Of a DNA stretch of 64,000 nt, positions 11,419 to 22,961 are shown in pieces. Under the pieces are notes generated by a model that was not told where the DNA came from, did not search any database, and saw nothing but the letters and a program-made list of their open reading frames with translations. This stretch comes from Vitrella brassicaformis CCMP3155. Lineage: Eukaryota; Protista; Chromerida. The position numbers and the translations under genes were made by a program. The stretch's first letter is position 1, and each line of letters begins with the position of its first letter. The stretch is from assembly GCA_001179505.1 (NCBI GenBank), contig CDMY01000367.1, positions 35,107 through 99,106 on the forward strand. The letters run 5' to 3'.

Positions 11419-13819
11419 TCACATGAAGATGGCCGTCTCCTTGTTAGATGTTGCGCCGTCTGTAGGGTGGCAGTGCCCCGTCTGCCACTCGATGCACTCC
11501 CTGAAGACCCGCAGAGATGCGGCGGGCGATGACATCGGCACCATGTGGGACGCGTTGTAGACCCGCAGGAAGGACAGCTTGTCCACCCACTTGTACGCGC
11601 CATACTGGTGGCCGTCGACCACCCACTCCACAAACTGCACACAACAGAACAGAGAAGGGTGGGCGGTCAGGTGGTGTTCGTATGTGGGTGTGTGTGTGAG
11701 TGTGTGTGGCTGTGGGGTGCGTCGTCATGCACTGCTCACCGGTGAGGCTCTGAATGACTCGGCGTGGTCCCATTCAAGCTGCTTGGCCATCTCCAGGCCG
11801 CCCATCCAGTTACACATGAAATCTTGGTCACCATAATAAAGCAGCACACGCACACCCGCATCGATGACATACGACAGCTCAGGGCCCGAGCTGCACACAG
11901 AAGCATCCACGCAGACACAGGGATGGGGGATGACACGCCTGTGTAGCGAGTGGAGGTATTATGGCGATTGGTTCTTCACCTCTTGATCGAGTCGGTGCGC
12001 AGATTCTTGTGCAGCTGCATGAACACATACACACACAGCATGGCTGCACTTGGCGTTCGTCGGTGCGGTGTGTCTGTCGCCCTTCCTGGGCAGTGCTTCC
12101 CCCCCTCCCTCCCTCCGTCCCTCCCTGCGTCCCTTGCTGACCTCATTGCTGCAGGAAGTCCAGTCTTGGCTGACGTGCAGGGCCTCCTTGACCTCCTTCT
12201 GGTTGAAAAACGACACGATGCCATCCATGTCGTGACAATAGGGCGGCAACTGCAGCCAGCCATCACAAAATGAATGAACAAACGCACATCAATCAGAGCC
12301 ATTCACTCCAATGCGTTGCGCCATTCCCTCTATCTGTGTGTGTCAGTTACCTCGCACTGTTCGCGTATGTCATATGGGCTGGTGCTGCCGAGCAGACGCG
12401 TGGTCAGGGGATAGCACGTCGCATCCACTGCATCCCACTTGCCACTCCGCAGTGCCTCCTCACACAGACCATAACCTACACATAACACACCACGCACAAC
12501 CGAATCTGTGGAGTGCGTCTGGCTTCGGCCTGTCTGTCTGTCGCGTTGCCCACCTAACCTACCCAGCTTTGCCTCTGCAAACGTGGCATCGTCGATCATC
12601 TCGTTAGCGTAGGCGAAGGCCGCAAAGGAGGGGAACTGGACGAATGGGTTCGTCCACCCATTGCCGATCGCGATCCCTGCATGGCATGGGTGAACGAACA
12701 AGAGGGCGGTGAGTGACATGGTTCCATGCGCTCCAAGTAAGTCAAGGGCACCCACCCACCCTTGAAGTTGAGGCCGTCGATGGGGCTGTCTACGAGATGT
12801 TTGGCAATGTGGGGGATGTAGTGGCCGGCGTACGACTCTCCCGCAAGCACAAACGGACTGCACATGACACGACACACAACAACCACTTGGACAGCGCAGG
12901 TCCATTCAGAAACGATAGAGCTACACGTCACGCACCGGTCGTGAAAGTCAGGAAAGAGTGAGAGAAAGCCCTCCAGGAAAGCCCCCATGTCTGAGAGAAT
13001 AACGAATATGTGGGTACATGATTACGACAGACAGCCGTGCAAGGAAGGACACATTCAGCTCACCAGAGGCGATATCCTCCTCGGTGGCTGGGTAGCCGTC
13101 AGGTCCCTTGGTGTGCGACCAACCAACACCAAGCGACAGGTCAACGAACAGCATGTTCGCAGCGGCCGTCCTGACCAGACCAGACCAGCACACACCAGGA
13201 CAGTTCCTTCAAGGTGCAAGCGTGTTTGCGGGCGAATACCATGAGTATTCGTTGAGTGCGAGAGTGCCGTTCGGCAGCACAGTAAAAGGGCCGTTCTCAG
13301 CTATCCACCCAAGCTCACTGGAACATCCAGGACCTACAGACAGACGCACACAGGCGCAGACAATGCAAGTACTGCTCAAAAACGGCCTTGTAGACATCAC
13401 ACTCTTCCCCATCGCACCGCACCTTGCAGCCCCATGTCTGGAAGGTCCCCCCCGGTCAGCCACATCGTCAGCGCATCGTGGCTGGCGTTGCCTCGTGAGG
13501 GGAAAAAGACGAAGAACATGGATCCGCCACCGATGGGCACCCGGCCTGCATTGCATGCATCACACCAACACACAGCACGACATCAGACAGCAATCACCCA
13601 CACTCATGCCATCCATCATGCCCTCCCTTGTGACTCACTCGTGCATGCTGTGCGTTCTGGCTGACCTGTGTACATCTTTTCGTTGAAGAAGATGCTGCTT
13701 TTGACTTCGTTCTTGGTTGGCAGGCCGCAGCTGTGTTGGTCTCTTCTGGTGCAGGCAGGCCGCGCAAACGAGCATGACAGCACCTCCCAGAGCGCCAGGA
13801 CAGCCACCGCTGCCTTCAT
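11419..13819 (-). CDS. Serine carboxypeptidase, family S10, with signal peptide, multi-exon
   Basis: MKAAVAVLALW leader, WLTGGP/GCSS, ENGPF, GESYAGHYIP (Ser), GIAIGNGW, YYGDQDFMCN (Asp), VYNASHMVP (His). Confidence 0.95.
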
Positions 13820-14057
13820 GATGATAGATCTGTGTTGGATCTTTCGAATGGAGAGCAGCCCACTCCGCTACCTTTTCTTAGCTCGCAAAACCCTAAACCC
13901 TGAACCCTTGCGGGCAAGAAAAGCCCAAGAAGGCAGGCACACGTCCGCAGCTCATTAATTGTCTTTTTTCTCCTGCAATTCTGCCAGGCTATGTGCTGCG
14001 GGATACTCATCGGATGCAGTGAGGAGACCTGGGAGCACAGGGATCATCTGCGCTTGC
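13820..14057. promoter_or_regulatory. Probable bidirectional promoter (S10 / GT32) with telomere-like repeats
   Basis: Divergent starts, AGATCT at 13826-13831, and AAACCCT AAACCCT GAACCCT at 13888-13908. Confidence 0.5.
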
Positions 14058-15371
14058 ATGCGCATGCGGCCGCCTTCTCTGATGAGTCCCCTCACCGCCG
14101 ACAAGACAGCCGACGCCGCCACTCCTCCACGGGGCTTTTGTGTTCTTCTGGGCCTGGTGGTGGTTTCGTCAGCCTTGTCTATCACTCTGATGACCCTGAC
14201 GCACAGCTACACCAGCTTGCACGGCCTCGCGGCGGGCTGGATGAGGCGGTCGCGTCATCTGCACGGGATACAATGGCGGGCAGAGTGCCTGAGGCGGAGA
14301 GAGCAAGACCCCAGTATGCCCTCATGCACTGACGGGCAGACAAGTTTGCATTCTTGATGGACTCCTCGTGCTGACGCGCTTTCCGTTAATCCCGTGGCCG
14401 ACGGGCAGACAAGAAGGAGGAGGAATGTGACCTTCCCCCGTGTGATCCACCAGACGTGGAAGCATCGCCGGCTGCCTGTTCGGTTCAAGGCGTGGATGAG
14501 GAGCTGCCGTGACGTCAACCATGAGACGCGGCACCATTTCTACACCGACTTCTCGCTGCTTCAGCTGGTCATGCGGCACTTCCCCGAATGGCGAAGGCCG
14601 TGGAGCGACTTACCCGGCATCATCCGTGCGGACCTGGGCAGGCTGCTCATTCTGTGGCTGTACGGCGGGATTTATCTCGATGTCGACTACGAATGCCTGC
14701 AGCCATTTGAGGCACTACTGAGGCAAGCTGAGGCTCAGGGGAATGACCTGATTGTCGGAGAAAAGCATCTGGTGCACGTTTATCTGCTCGAGCATGTGAA
14801 TGACAGCATGAGGCCCTTCGTCTCAAACGCAGCCATGATATCGACCCCATTCCATCCACTTATCGGCGCCTTCCTCAACCAGACTCTTCACAATGCGTCA
14901 GCGGCCTTGGTCGATTGCAAGGACGCCGTGCAATGCACTGGCCCAAGGCCGCTCACGAGGCTGGTGCACCAGGCTCTTCAGCTGGAGGACCAGATGCGGC
15001 TTGCCAGCCGCTCGTGTGAGGTGACGCCTCCACTGGGCTCTGTTATGGTGACCGACTTCGATGTGCTATACCCGGAGCTGGCGCATTGGAATGTCGATGG
15101 TGCGATGCGCGACAAGTGCCAGAGACACCCTCGGACACGCCGCATCACGGCCACACCGACGGATGCATTCGCCAACCGCTCGCACGTCCACAAGGGTTGT
15201 GCGCTTCTTGCCGAGACGCAGGACAACGCTACGAGGTATGTGTCGAGTGAGAGGAGCGTGGCTGTGCACCACTGGCGGTGCAGCTCGTGCAGGAAGAGCC
15301 CCATGGTGAGGCTGCGGGGCAGTCTGGCGTTTGACGTTGTGCGGGAGATTCCTGAGCTGATTGTACAGTAA
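14058..15371 (+). CDS. GT32 (DXD; OCH1/SUR1-like) glycosyltransferase, type II membrane protein; in-frame TGA at 14355-14357 between the TM anchor and the catalytic domain
   Basis: FPRVIHQTWK, RADLGRLLILWLYGGIYLDVDY and TGP motifs in ORF 14394-15371. An upstream same-frame ORF encodes the hydrophobic anchor FCVLLGLVVVSSALSITLMTL. Confidence 0.85.
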
Positions 15372-15986
15372 AAGTGGGTGGGGATATGGTCTGGGATATT
15401 TGTCGACAGGCTCGGTCGGTCTCCATCCTCACAGATAGATTGTCATAGAGGGGAAGGAGAAAGAGATGGAAACAAACAAAGGAGCGCCATGGGCGTTCAG
15501 AAAGAGACGCTCGTGTTGTTCGTAGCACTCTGGCTGACCTGACAGCCCTCTGTGTGTGTGAATTGCATGTGAGTCGAGTCGGCTGCTGTAGTGTGTTCCT
15601 TGTTTGTCGCTGTAGGCTGTGTTGTCTTGGCTGCTGACTGAGTAGTTTGCATGCCATGCGTGACCCATGACGACGTAGGTAGGGCTGGCTGCACACGCTG
15701 TATACGATTAAACTCGGATTAAATGTCAGTCAGTCAGTCGCATGAGTTGAGTACACACAAATCGCATCGCATCGCATCGCACCCACTGACCAACAATCTA
15801 ATCTATATGTGGGTGTGTCTCGTCTCGCATACACTACATCGCCGGCCGGCCACAGATAAACGCCCATCCTCCATCTATCCATCCATCCAGCCCTCCATCC
15901 GCCCGCGGCACACATATGAACAAGTCAGTGACCCTCCATCCATCCAACCAGCCAGCCAACAAACCGACACACCAACACAACCTCTT

Positions 15987-18900
15987 TCATCTGAGCGGCC
16001 TCGCGGGATGCAGCGGCCGCGTCCTCCTGAACTGTCTTATATCATCATGCGTCCGCAGAACCACCCCCCCATCACCCGCAGCAGCCGCCTCGCCCGCCTT
16101 CTTGTCACCGGCCTGTTGTGCATGTGCCTCTGCTGTCTTGTCGTGGCTCTCTCGGTGTGGGATCGACCAGAAGTGGGACGCCAGCAGCCGACGGGAGGGG
16201 GCGGTCTTGGCTATGTGCTCGTCAAACAGCGCCAGCAGCCGCTTCTGAGGGAGGCAGGACATAGAAGGGGGAAAAACAGATGGATGTGTGTGTGTGTGTG
16301 GAGGGGGAAGGGCGCGTATGCGGTCCGGTCCGAACATACCTTGCTGATTTTGGTGTTGTCTTGGAGCACTGCCGCCTCCCTCTCCTTGCGATCGAACACA
16401 AACTGGCGCAGGGAGATCTCACGCCACATACGGGAGCTCTCCTCAGCCAACCTGTACACAGCCACAGACGACACACACATACACATGACCACGGTCATGC
16501 CCAACGGGCCTCTGTGTGTGTGCGTGTGTGTGTGTTACCGTTTGTCTCGCTGTGTCTTCTTGGCCAGCAGGCCGTTGACGCTGTTGAGGAACTCCTGGTC
16601 GCTCATGTCGACCACCTCCTGCCGCAGTTTGACCAGCCAGCCCTCGATGTGCTGCTCCAGGGCCAGGGGGTCGGCCACGGTGGACTGCACACGCACGGAG
16701 AAACCTCTCGTGCCGTACAGCGACCGGACCATCGTGTCCACAATGTATCCGAGCTGGAGTTCGGTGCGCAGGCGATTGAAGGCCGACCTGCGTCGCATCA
16801 GACAAGGGAGATGGATGAGCGGACAGAGGATATGGATGGTGCACGGCAGGGCAGGGGGGGCGTGAGGAGTGTGTGTGTATATATGGTACGGTACCGGTAT
16901 GCGATCTGGTCAAGCAAGTCCAGCAAGAGGTCCCTCTCGAAGCTCAGATCCTCCAAACCAACCTGCACACACACACACACGCATGCAGACTAGACTCACA
17001 CCCATCCCTCCCTTCCTCCATCCCTCCGTCCCTCCCTTGACCTTCATTCCATCTATGTATGGTCCACTCCACTGACCTGGAAGTGCACCTCGACGGCCGA
17101 GTTGGGCTGGTTGGCGTCGACACTTGTCTTCTCGACGACCACTCCCCTGCCGCCCGGTGTGCCGCTCGCCAACGGCAGCTCCACGCACCGGTTGACGGGC
17201 TCCTCGCCCTCGAGCAGCGGGTCGATCCGCAGGACATCAGCGGCCTGCCTGGCGGTGTCCTCTGCCTCTTCGCGGTGGAAGTTGCCCGAGACGAAACAGG
17301 TGATGTCGCCCCTCGCCAGGGACTCCTGCACGTTGCGGGCCATCTCCTCGGGGTTGCACTGGCGCGGATTGGACAGGAAAGAGATGTGCTGGTCCCACGA
17401 GTAGCCTCGGGGATTCAACACCTCGTTGACAGACCGGCTGCAACCAACCACATACTAACAGGTGTGTCAATGGGACGGGACGGTGGGGTGGCCTGACATA
17501 CCTACCTTGCGAGATGGTACGACTCGGCGAATCTGCTGTTTTCGTATCTCCTCTTCTCCTTCTGTCTCACGGTCTCAAATCTCTCGAGCAGCTTCTGCTT
17601 CCTCGCTTGACCCTTGGTCAACCCCTCCTAGAACAAACAAACACATTCATGCATATCATATACATACATCACACACGCGGGTGAGGTGATACCGACCGTC
17701 TGTGTACTTTGCACACATCCCGTTCCTCCCCGTCTCGTCTCACCTGTATGTCGTCATCGTCTTCCCACCGGTCGTCATCCTCTTCTTCCCTACTCGACTC
17801 GGGCGGCGGCAAATGGACGTTCTTGTACTCGGTCAGCAGGCTCTGCATGGCCTGCAGCACCCGGGTCATGAGCAAAGGCAGCTTCTCGCTGAAGCCCCCC
17901 ACGCTGATGGTGATGTCGCCGCGGCTGTAGAAGTCCATCTGGCACCCCATTCCCGCCTGAGAGGCGTCGTACAGCAGCGGGTTGAGCTCCTCCCCCAACA
18001 GCTGCATGAAGATGTCGTTGAGCAGGTACGATGCGGGGTTCTGCTGACTGGATGGGACCGTCAGCTGCAGATAAAGATGGCCCTTCGGCACCCGGAACTT
18101 GCGATCCATCTTGTGTAGGATCTCGACGGTCCTCTCGCCGCTCTCGCCAGGGGTGGACACCCGGAATCGCTGCGGGAAGTCGTCCTCACCACCACCACCA
18201 CCACCACGATCCTCATCCAGCCGCCTCGCTGACACCTGCACCATCGCCTCGCCTGGCCCCCCATCAGTCGCCGCCCGCTCGGCGTCGGCCGGGGGACTCT
18301 CCTGGTCGCATCTCAGGGAGAAATCGACGGGAACAAGGTCGTTTGGCGGCGGGAGGGTGAGTTTGGAGTGGATGGATGAGGGATGGGCCCAGTCCCGGAG
18401 TTTCTTGGGGTCGATGTTGACCTCCCGGTGCAGCGTGCCGTACCACTTCTCTTTTTTCCACCCGTCGGGCCGCTGACAGACAGGGAGGGATGAAGAGAAA
18501 GACATTCATCGGATGGATGGATGGATAGATGGGCGGTTGTGTGTGCGCGTACCTCCTGAGCGTGTTTCTCGAATTCCTTTGAGATGATGGTGAAGATGCA
18601 GTTGCGTGGGATGAGGTAGTGGTCAAGCAGCTCGTGGATGTCCTCCGGTGCCCACTTGGTCAGCAGCGCTGGCCCACTCAACACACGGGGCGGCTCGAAG
18701 TCAAAGAGGTTCCGCGACACCAGCGTCGCAAAGGACTGCACAGAGAGATACAACAGAGGCAATGTGCATCTCGCCTGCCCTTGCGCGTGTGTGTGGCGTG
18801 CTCACCGCTGGGTCGATCTTCTCTGAGAATCGGAATTTCATGGACCTGAGTTTGGCGATCTGGTCGAAGAGCGCCTGCGAGGGCGGGGCGTTGCTGATGA

Positions 18901-20004
18901 GGGCCAGGTACTGGAAGGTCAGCGATGTGATCTCCTCCAGGTGCTGCAGACCCTCGTGGGTCAGGTCGATGCTTATCCTGCACACACAATGGATGGCGAT
19001 GTCCTAGTGTGCTGTGCTATGTGGTGTGGTGTGGTGTGTCAATGGCATGGCTCACCTGAAGATGTTGAAGTCAGTGGCCTCAAAGTATGGGGCGGCGTTG
19101 AGCTCCTCTGCCCAGCCCTTCTCCACCAGCAGCTTTCGCAGACTGCCGGCGCCCTGCACAGACAGACAGACAGACAGACAGCACCGCCATGCAGACAGAC
19201 ACGCTGCCGCCATGGCCCCCCGTCTGGCTGCCTTCGTACCTCGTATCCGAGAATGTATGACAGATACATATCCGGCTTGGTCTCCCTGACAACGAGACAA
19301 CACACATCAAAACACGGCCACAACACAAGGGTGAGTGAGTTGGTGTGGATGGTAACCCTCACTTGAAGTCCTCGAAGTGCGGGTAGGGGAATGAGAAGAC
19401 GATCCTCTTGATGTCGCGGATGGGCACCACTTGGTACTTCTTGCCCAGCGACTGGTATGAGAAGGGCTCCACGGGGTACTCGAACACCGTCGGCCTGTCG
19501 TTGTTGACGATAGGCGAAAACATCTGGTCAATACAGCACACGCACACGCTCTCTTCAGTGAATGTAGGCCTTGGGTGGTGGCTGGCTATTGGCTCGCTGA
19601 CCTCCTGCACCCATTTCTCGAGCTGCTCGACGTCGTCTCGGCCCACCACACAGAGCTTCATGGCGTTGCCCGAATAATACGCCTCATGGAACTGCTTCAG
19701 AGCAGCACGGACGTCACGGCCCTGGTCCACACACACAGAGATATACACACACCTTGCGTGGCAGGGTTTGTGGTGCAGGCCAGCTGACCTTATGCGGCTC
19801 ATTTGAGAGTGTTTGGAGGTTGCCGGTGGCGAACTTTGAGAAGGGGTGTTTGGGGTGTGCCATGGTCTTGGTGAGCATCCACAGGCGGCGCTGGTCGGAC
19901 TGGACGTTCTTGTAGAACTCGCTGTCCACCGCATTCACCTCACGGTCTGTGGCGTCCTCGTTGAACAGCGGAGATATGAAGAACTGAGAGAACCTGCACA
20001 TACA

Positions 20005-20036
<32 letters not shown>

Positions 20037-20822
20037 CCAACCCATCTTCGGACTGGTCCCTCAGCTGTGGCATGGCGCATACCTACCTGTCGAGGGCGCC
20101 GTGCAGGTGGTCGTAGGCCACCTTGAAGTAGTAGTTTGTGGTCTCGGTCCATGTGACGGCGTTGCTGCGGCCGCCATGGCGGTTGAGATACCGCTTGTAC
20201 TCGCCCTCGACAGGAAACTTCTCAGTCCCCAGAAACAACATGTGCCTGCACACGCACACACACATCCCATGAGTGGCAGGGCAGAGTGCCTCTGACTGAC
20301 GCCACGCCAGACCCCGGTCGCTCACTCGTGGAAGTGCGCCAGGCCCGCGAATTCCTCGGGGTCTTGGAAGTGGCCGACCTTGACGTGCAGGGACGCAGCG
20401 GCCATGTCTGCAGTGGGGTCGCTCACCAGCACGGCCTGCACCCCATTGCCCAGCCAGATGGTCCGATAGGTCCGGTCGTCCACGTCCGCCTTGTCCATGC
20501 CATCCACTCGACGCACTATCGCACCACCCGACTTGGCCTTGCCGCCCTCCTCCTCGCTGCCCACACTCGCGTCTGTGGCGATGAGTCCCACAGCCCCGCC
20601 GCTGGCCGCCGCTGTCGTCAAGGCGATGTGGCGGGCTCGATGGTGCGGCCTCCCGATGAAGCAGTGCCATAGGCGACTGGTGAAGTTCTTGCCTTGCGGG
20701 AGTCGGCAGTACGCCAACGAGCGGATGGTGCGACGGTAGGGGCTGTACGCTTGCGTCAGCACCACATAGCACAGGAGCGGCTTCCACTGATGATGCAGAT
20801 CTGACAAGGGCGGGAGGCGCAT
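15987..20822 (-). CDS. IDE: Insulin-degrading enzyme / insulinase (peptidase M16A), multi-exon
   Basis: [46 protein letters not shown] (inverted HXXEH), [49 protein letters not shown]; the C-terminal exon ends at 15987. Confidence 0.95.
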
Positions 20823-20931
20823 CGCGCGCTCAAAAACTCACCAGATCTGCGCTGATAGATACATGTGCTTCTGGGTTTGGGTTTCAGGGTTTTGGCGCGC
20901 AGGTCGTGGTCCGGCGGAGAAGCGTCTCATA
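20823..20931. promoter_or_regulatory. Probable bidirectional promoter (IDE / duplicated gene copy 1)
   Basis: Only 109 bp between divergent ATGs; AGATCT at 20843-20848 and GGGTTTGGGTTTCAGGGTTTT at 20873-20893. Confidence 0.5.
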
Positions 20932-22344
20932 ATGGGGAACAATGTGCCGAGGACGAGCAGCCAGCAGGACTGGCCTGCCATCCGCAACCAAAGCCTCGAC
21001 GTCATTCATCGAGAGGGCAGGGATGAACTGCACAAGATCAAGGAGGTCGGCAACCTCAGAATCAGCGCCCGGTTCCTCTCGCGCGTCGACTTCGAGCCGG
21101 CTGTCCTCCGCCGCCGCCTCCGCCGCGCCCTGCACGACACCCAACTCGCCGACGGGACGCCGCTGGATGCCGTGGTGACGTTCGACGTAGACAATCTCGG
21201 GAGCAAGCTGCTGCTGCAGGTGCGGGAGCCCTGCACACGTGGGATGGATGGATGGATACTCTGTGTGTGTGTGTGTGTGTGCAGGCCTGGTGGCTGGTGG
21301 AGCACCAGCAGTGGGACGAGGCGGCCGACGCACTGCGGCTGGCCCACCAGCTGACCTACTGTGAGCTGCCGGTCATCGTCACACAGCAAGATTTAGAGAA
21401 ACACCGTAGCAAACAGGTCGGTGGGCTGATGGGGAAGGGGACGGATGGCACTCATCTCTCTGTGTGTGTGTGTGATGTGACGGATGTGTGTGACGTCAGG
21501 CGTATTTGGCTGAGCCGCGTGTGGTCGCGCTGTGGAAGATGCTCGGCCGCCACGTCAACTTCGGCGACGAGTTGGGCAGATTTGAGCTGTTCGACGACGG
21601 CAATGGCGACCTGCGGGCCATCAAGGACGAGCCCGAGCACCGCCTCGATCTGACCCCCCTGCCCCTCGCCCACGCCTACCACCCACACACCAGCCCCCAG
21701 GACCCCCCAGTCAGACACCACATCGCCGGCTACGACGACGAGAAACACGGCTGGGACACTGGTGGCCCATTCACCGAGGCGTCATTTTCCTCCTTCCTTG
21801 TGGGCACCATCGTGCTGCCCACCTATGCCGACATGGATCTCACTGAGGAATTCATAGACCGGTCGGCCAGTTGGGACGGCCCACGACATTCCCCATCCTC
21901 ATTGATGCTTCATTGGGTTGGCTGTGTGTGTCTGCAGTGATGCGCGTGGCGGCGTGTTGAGGGGCCTGCTCGATCAGTCGGTCCACCAGCCGATTGAGGG
22001 CACCACGGCTGTCACGGCGTTTATCCTTGCCAACGACTCATCATGCAAGTGGCTGCTGCTGACGCCGTTTGACCACCCCTTCATCGCATTCATCGACATC
22101 GAAGACTGGGGGGATGATGGAGAAGGCAAGCTACAGACGACAGAGGGTCACTCAGACAGACAGCCCGCTCATTCCCCTGTGCTGTGTGTCTGCAGTGTCT
22201 GTGAGGGTGTTGACAACCGAGCCGCCGGCAGCTGGTGTGTCTGCTGATGCGCCCTTCAAGCAGCGCTTCCCCCGCACCACCGCCATGGCGCGACCAGTGC
22301 TGGGACAGATCGCACCCGTAGTGTTCGACGGCGAGGCGGCGTAG
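20932..22344 (+). CDS. Hypothetical protein, copy 1 of a locally duplicated gene (MGNNVPRTSSQQDW...), 5 exons
   Basis: Open spliced exons with GT-AG junctions. A near-identical paralog at 31001-32769 has the same intron positions. Confidence 0.8.
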
Positions 22345-22961
22345 CTCGTGTTGGAGCAGGGGGAGTGGGGTAGACAAACAAGAGGGAACGAGATGAGAGA
22401 GGCATGAGGGACACCACATCTCAGACACGGGGCGAGACGTGTGTGTGTGGATGGATGGCCTGTGTGTACGTGGTGAATGGCCATCCCTGCTGTGAGTGAC
22501 TCCTGACTGACTGAACACATCCATGCGTGTGTGCATCAAACGTTATGATGAAATCACGTCTGTTGTCTTCCATTATCGCACACACGAGACTGCCCGTCCA
22601 TCCGTCACGTCTCACTTTACTGAGATGCGTCAGAGTCTGTCACACACTGCCCTCTCTGCCCAGACAACCCTACACATACACGAGTACGGCCACAGACGCT
22701 CCACCGGGATTGTATATCAAGGAATTAGCAGCGCCCCATCTCACCGCACACCAGCAAAGCTAAGCAGCGTGGCCTTCGCCCCCGCCGACAGCTCTCAAAA
22801 CATTTATATCGACACATCGTCAAGCTGTCTATCTGTCTGTCTGTCTCTCTCTCTGTCTCAAAAAGGCCAAGGTCCTCTCTCTGTCTGTCTGACTGCCTGA
22901 TGGCTGAGTAACCGCCACGGGCGATAGACAGCATGAGGCGAAAGCGCGTGTGTGGACACGC

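Noticed and set aside
14355-14357. Selenocysteine recoding of the GT32 TGA
   Set aside because: The codon lies in a non-catalytic stem region and I could not identify a SECIS element; kept only as a remote option.
15723-16865. 380-aa plus-strand ORF with a hydrophobic segment
   Set aside because: It is the antisense shadow of the IDE C-terminal exons and runs through microsatellite introns; no recognisable family.
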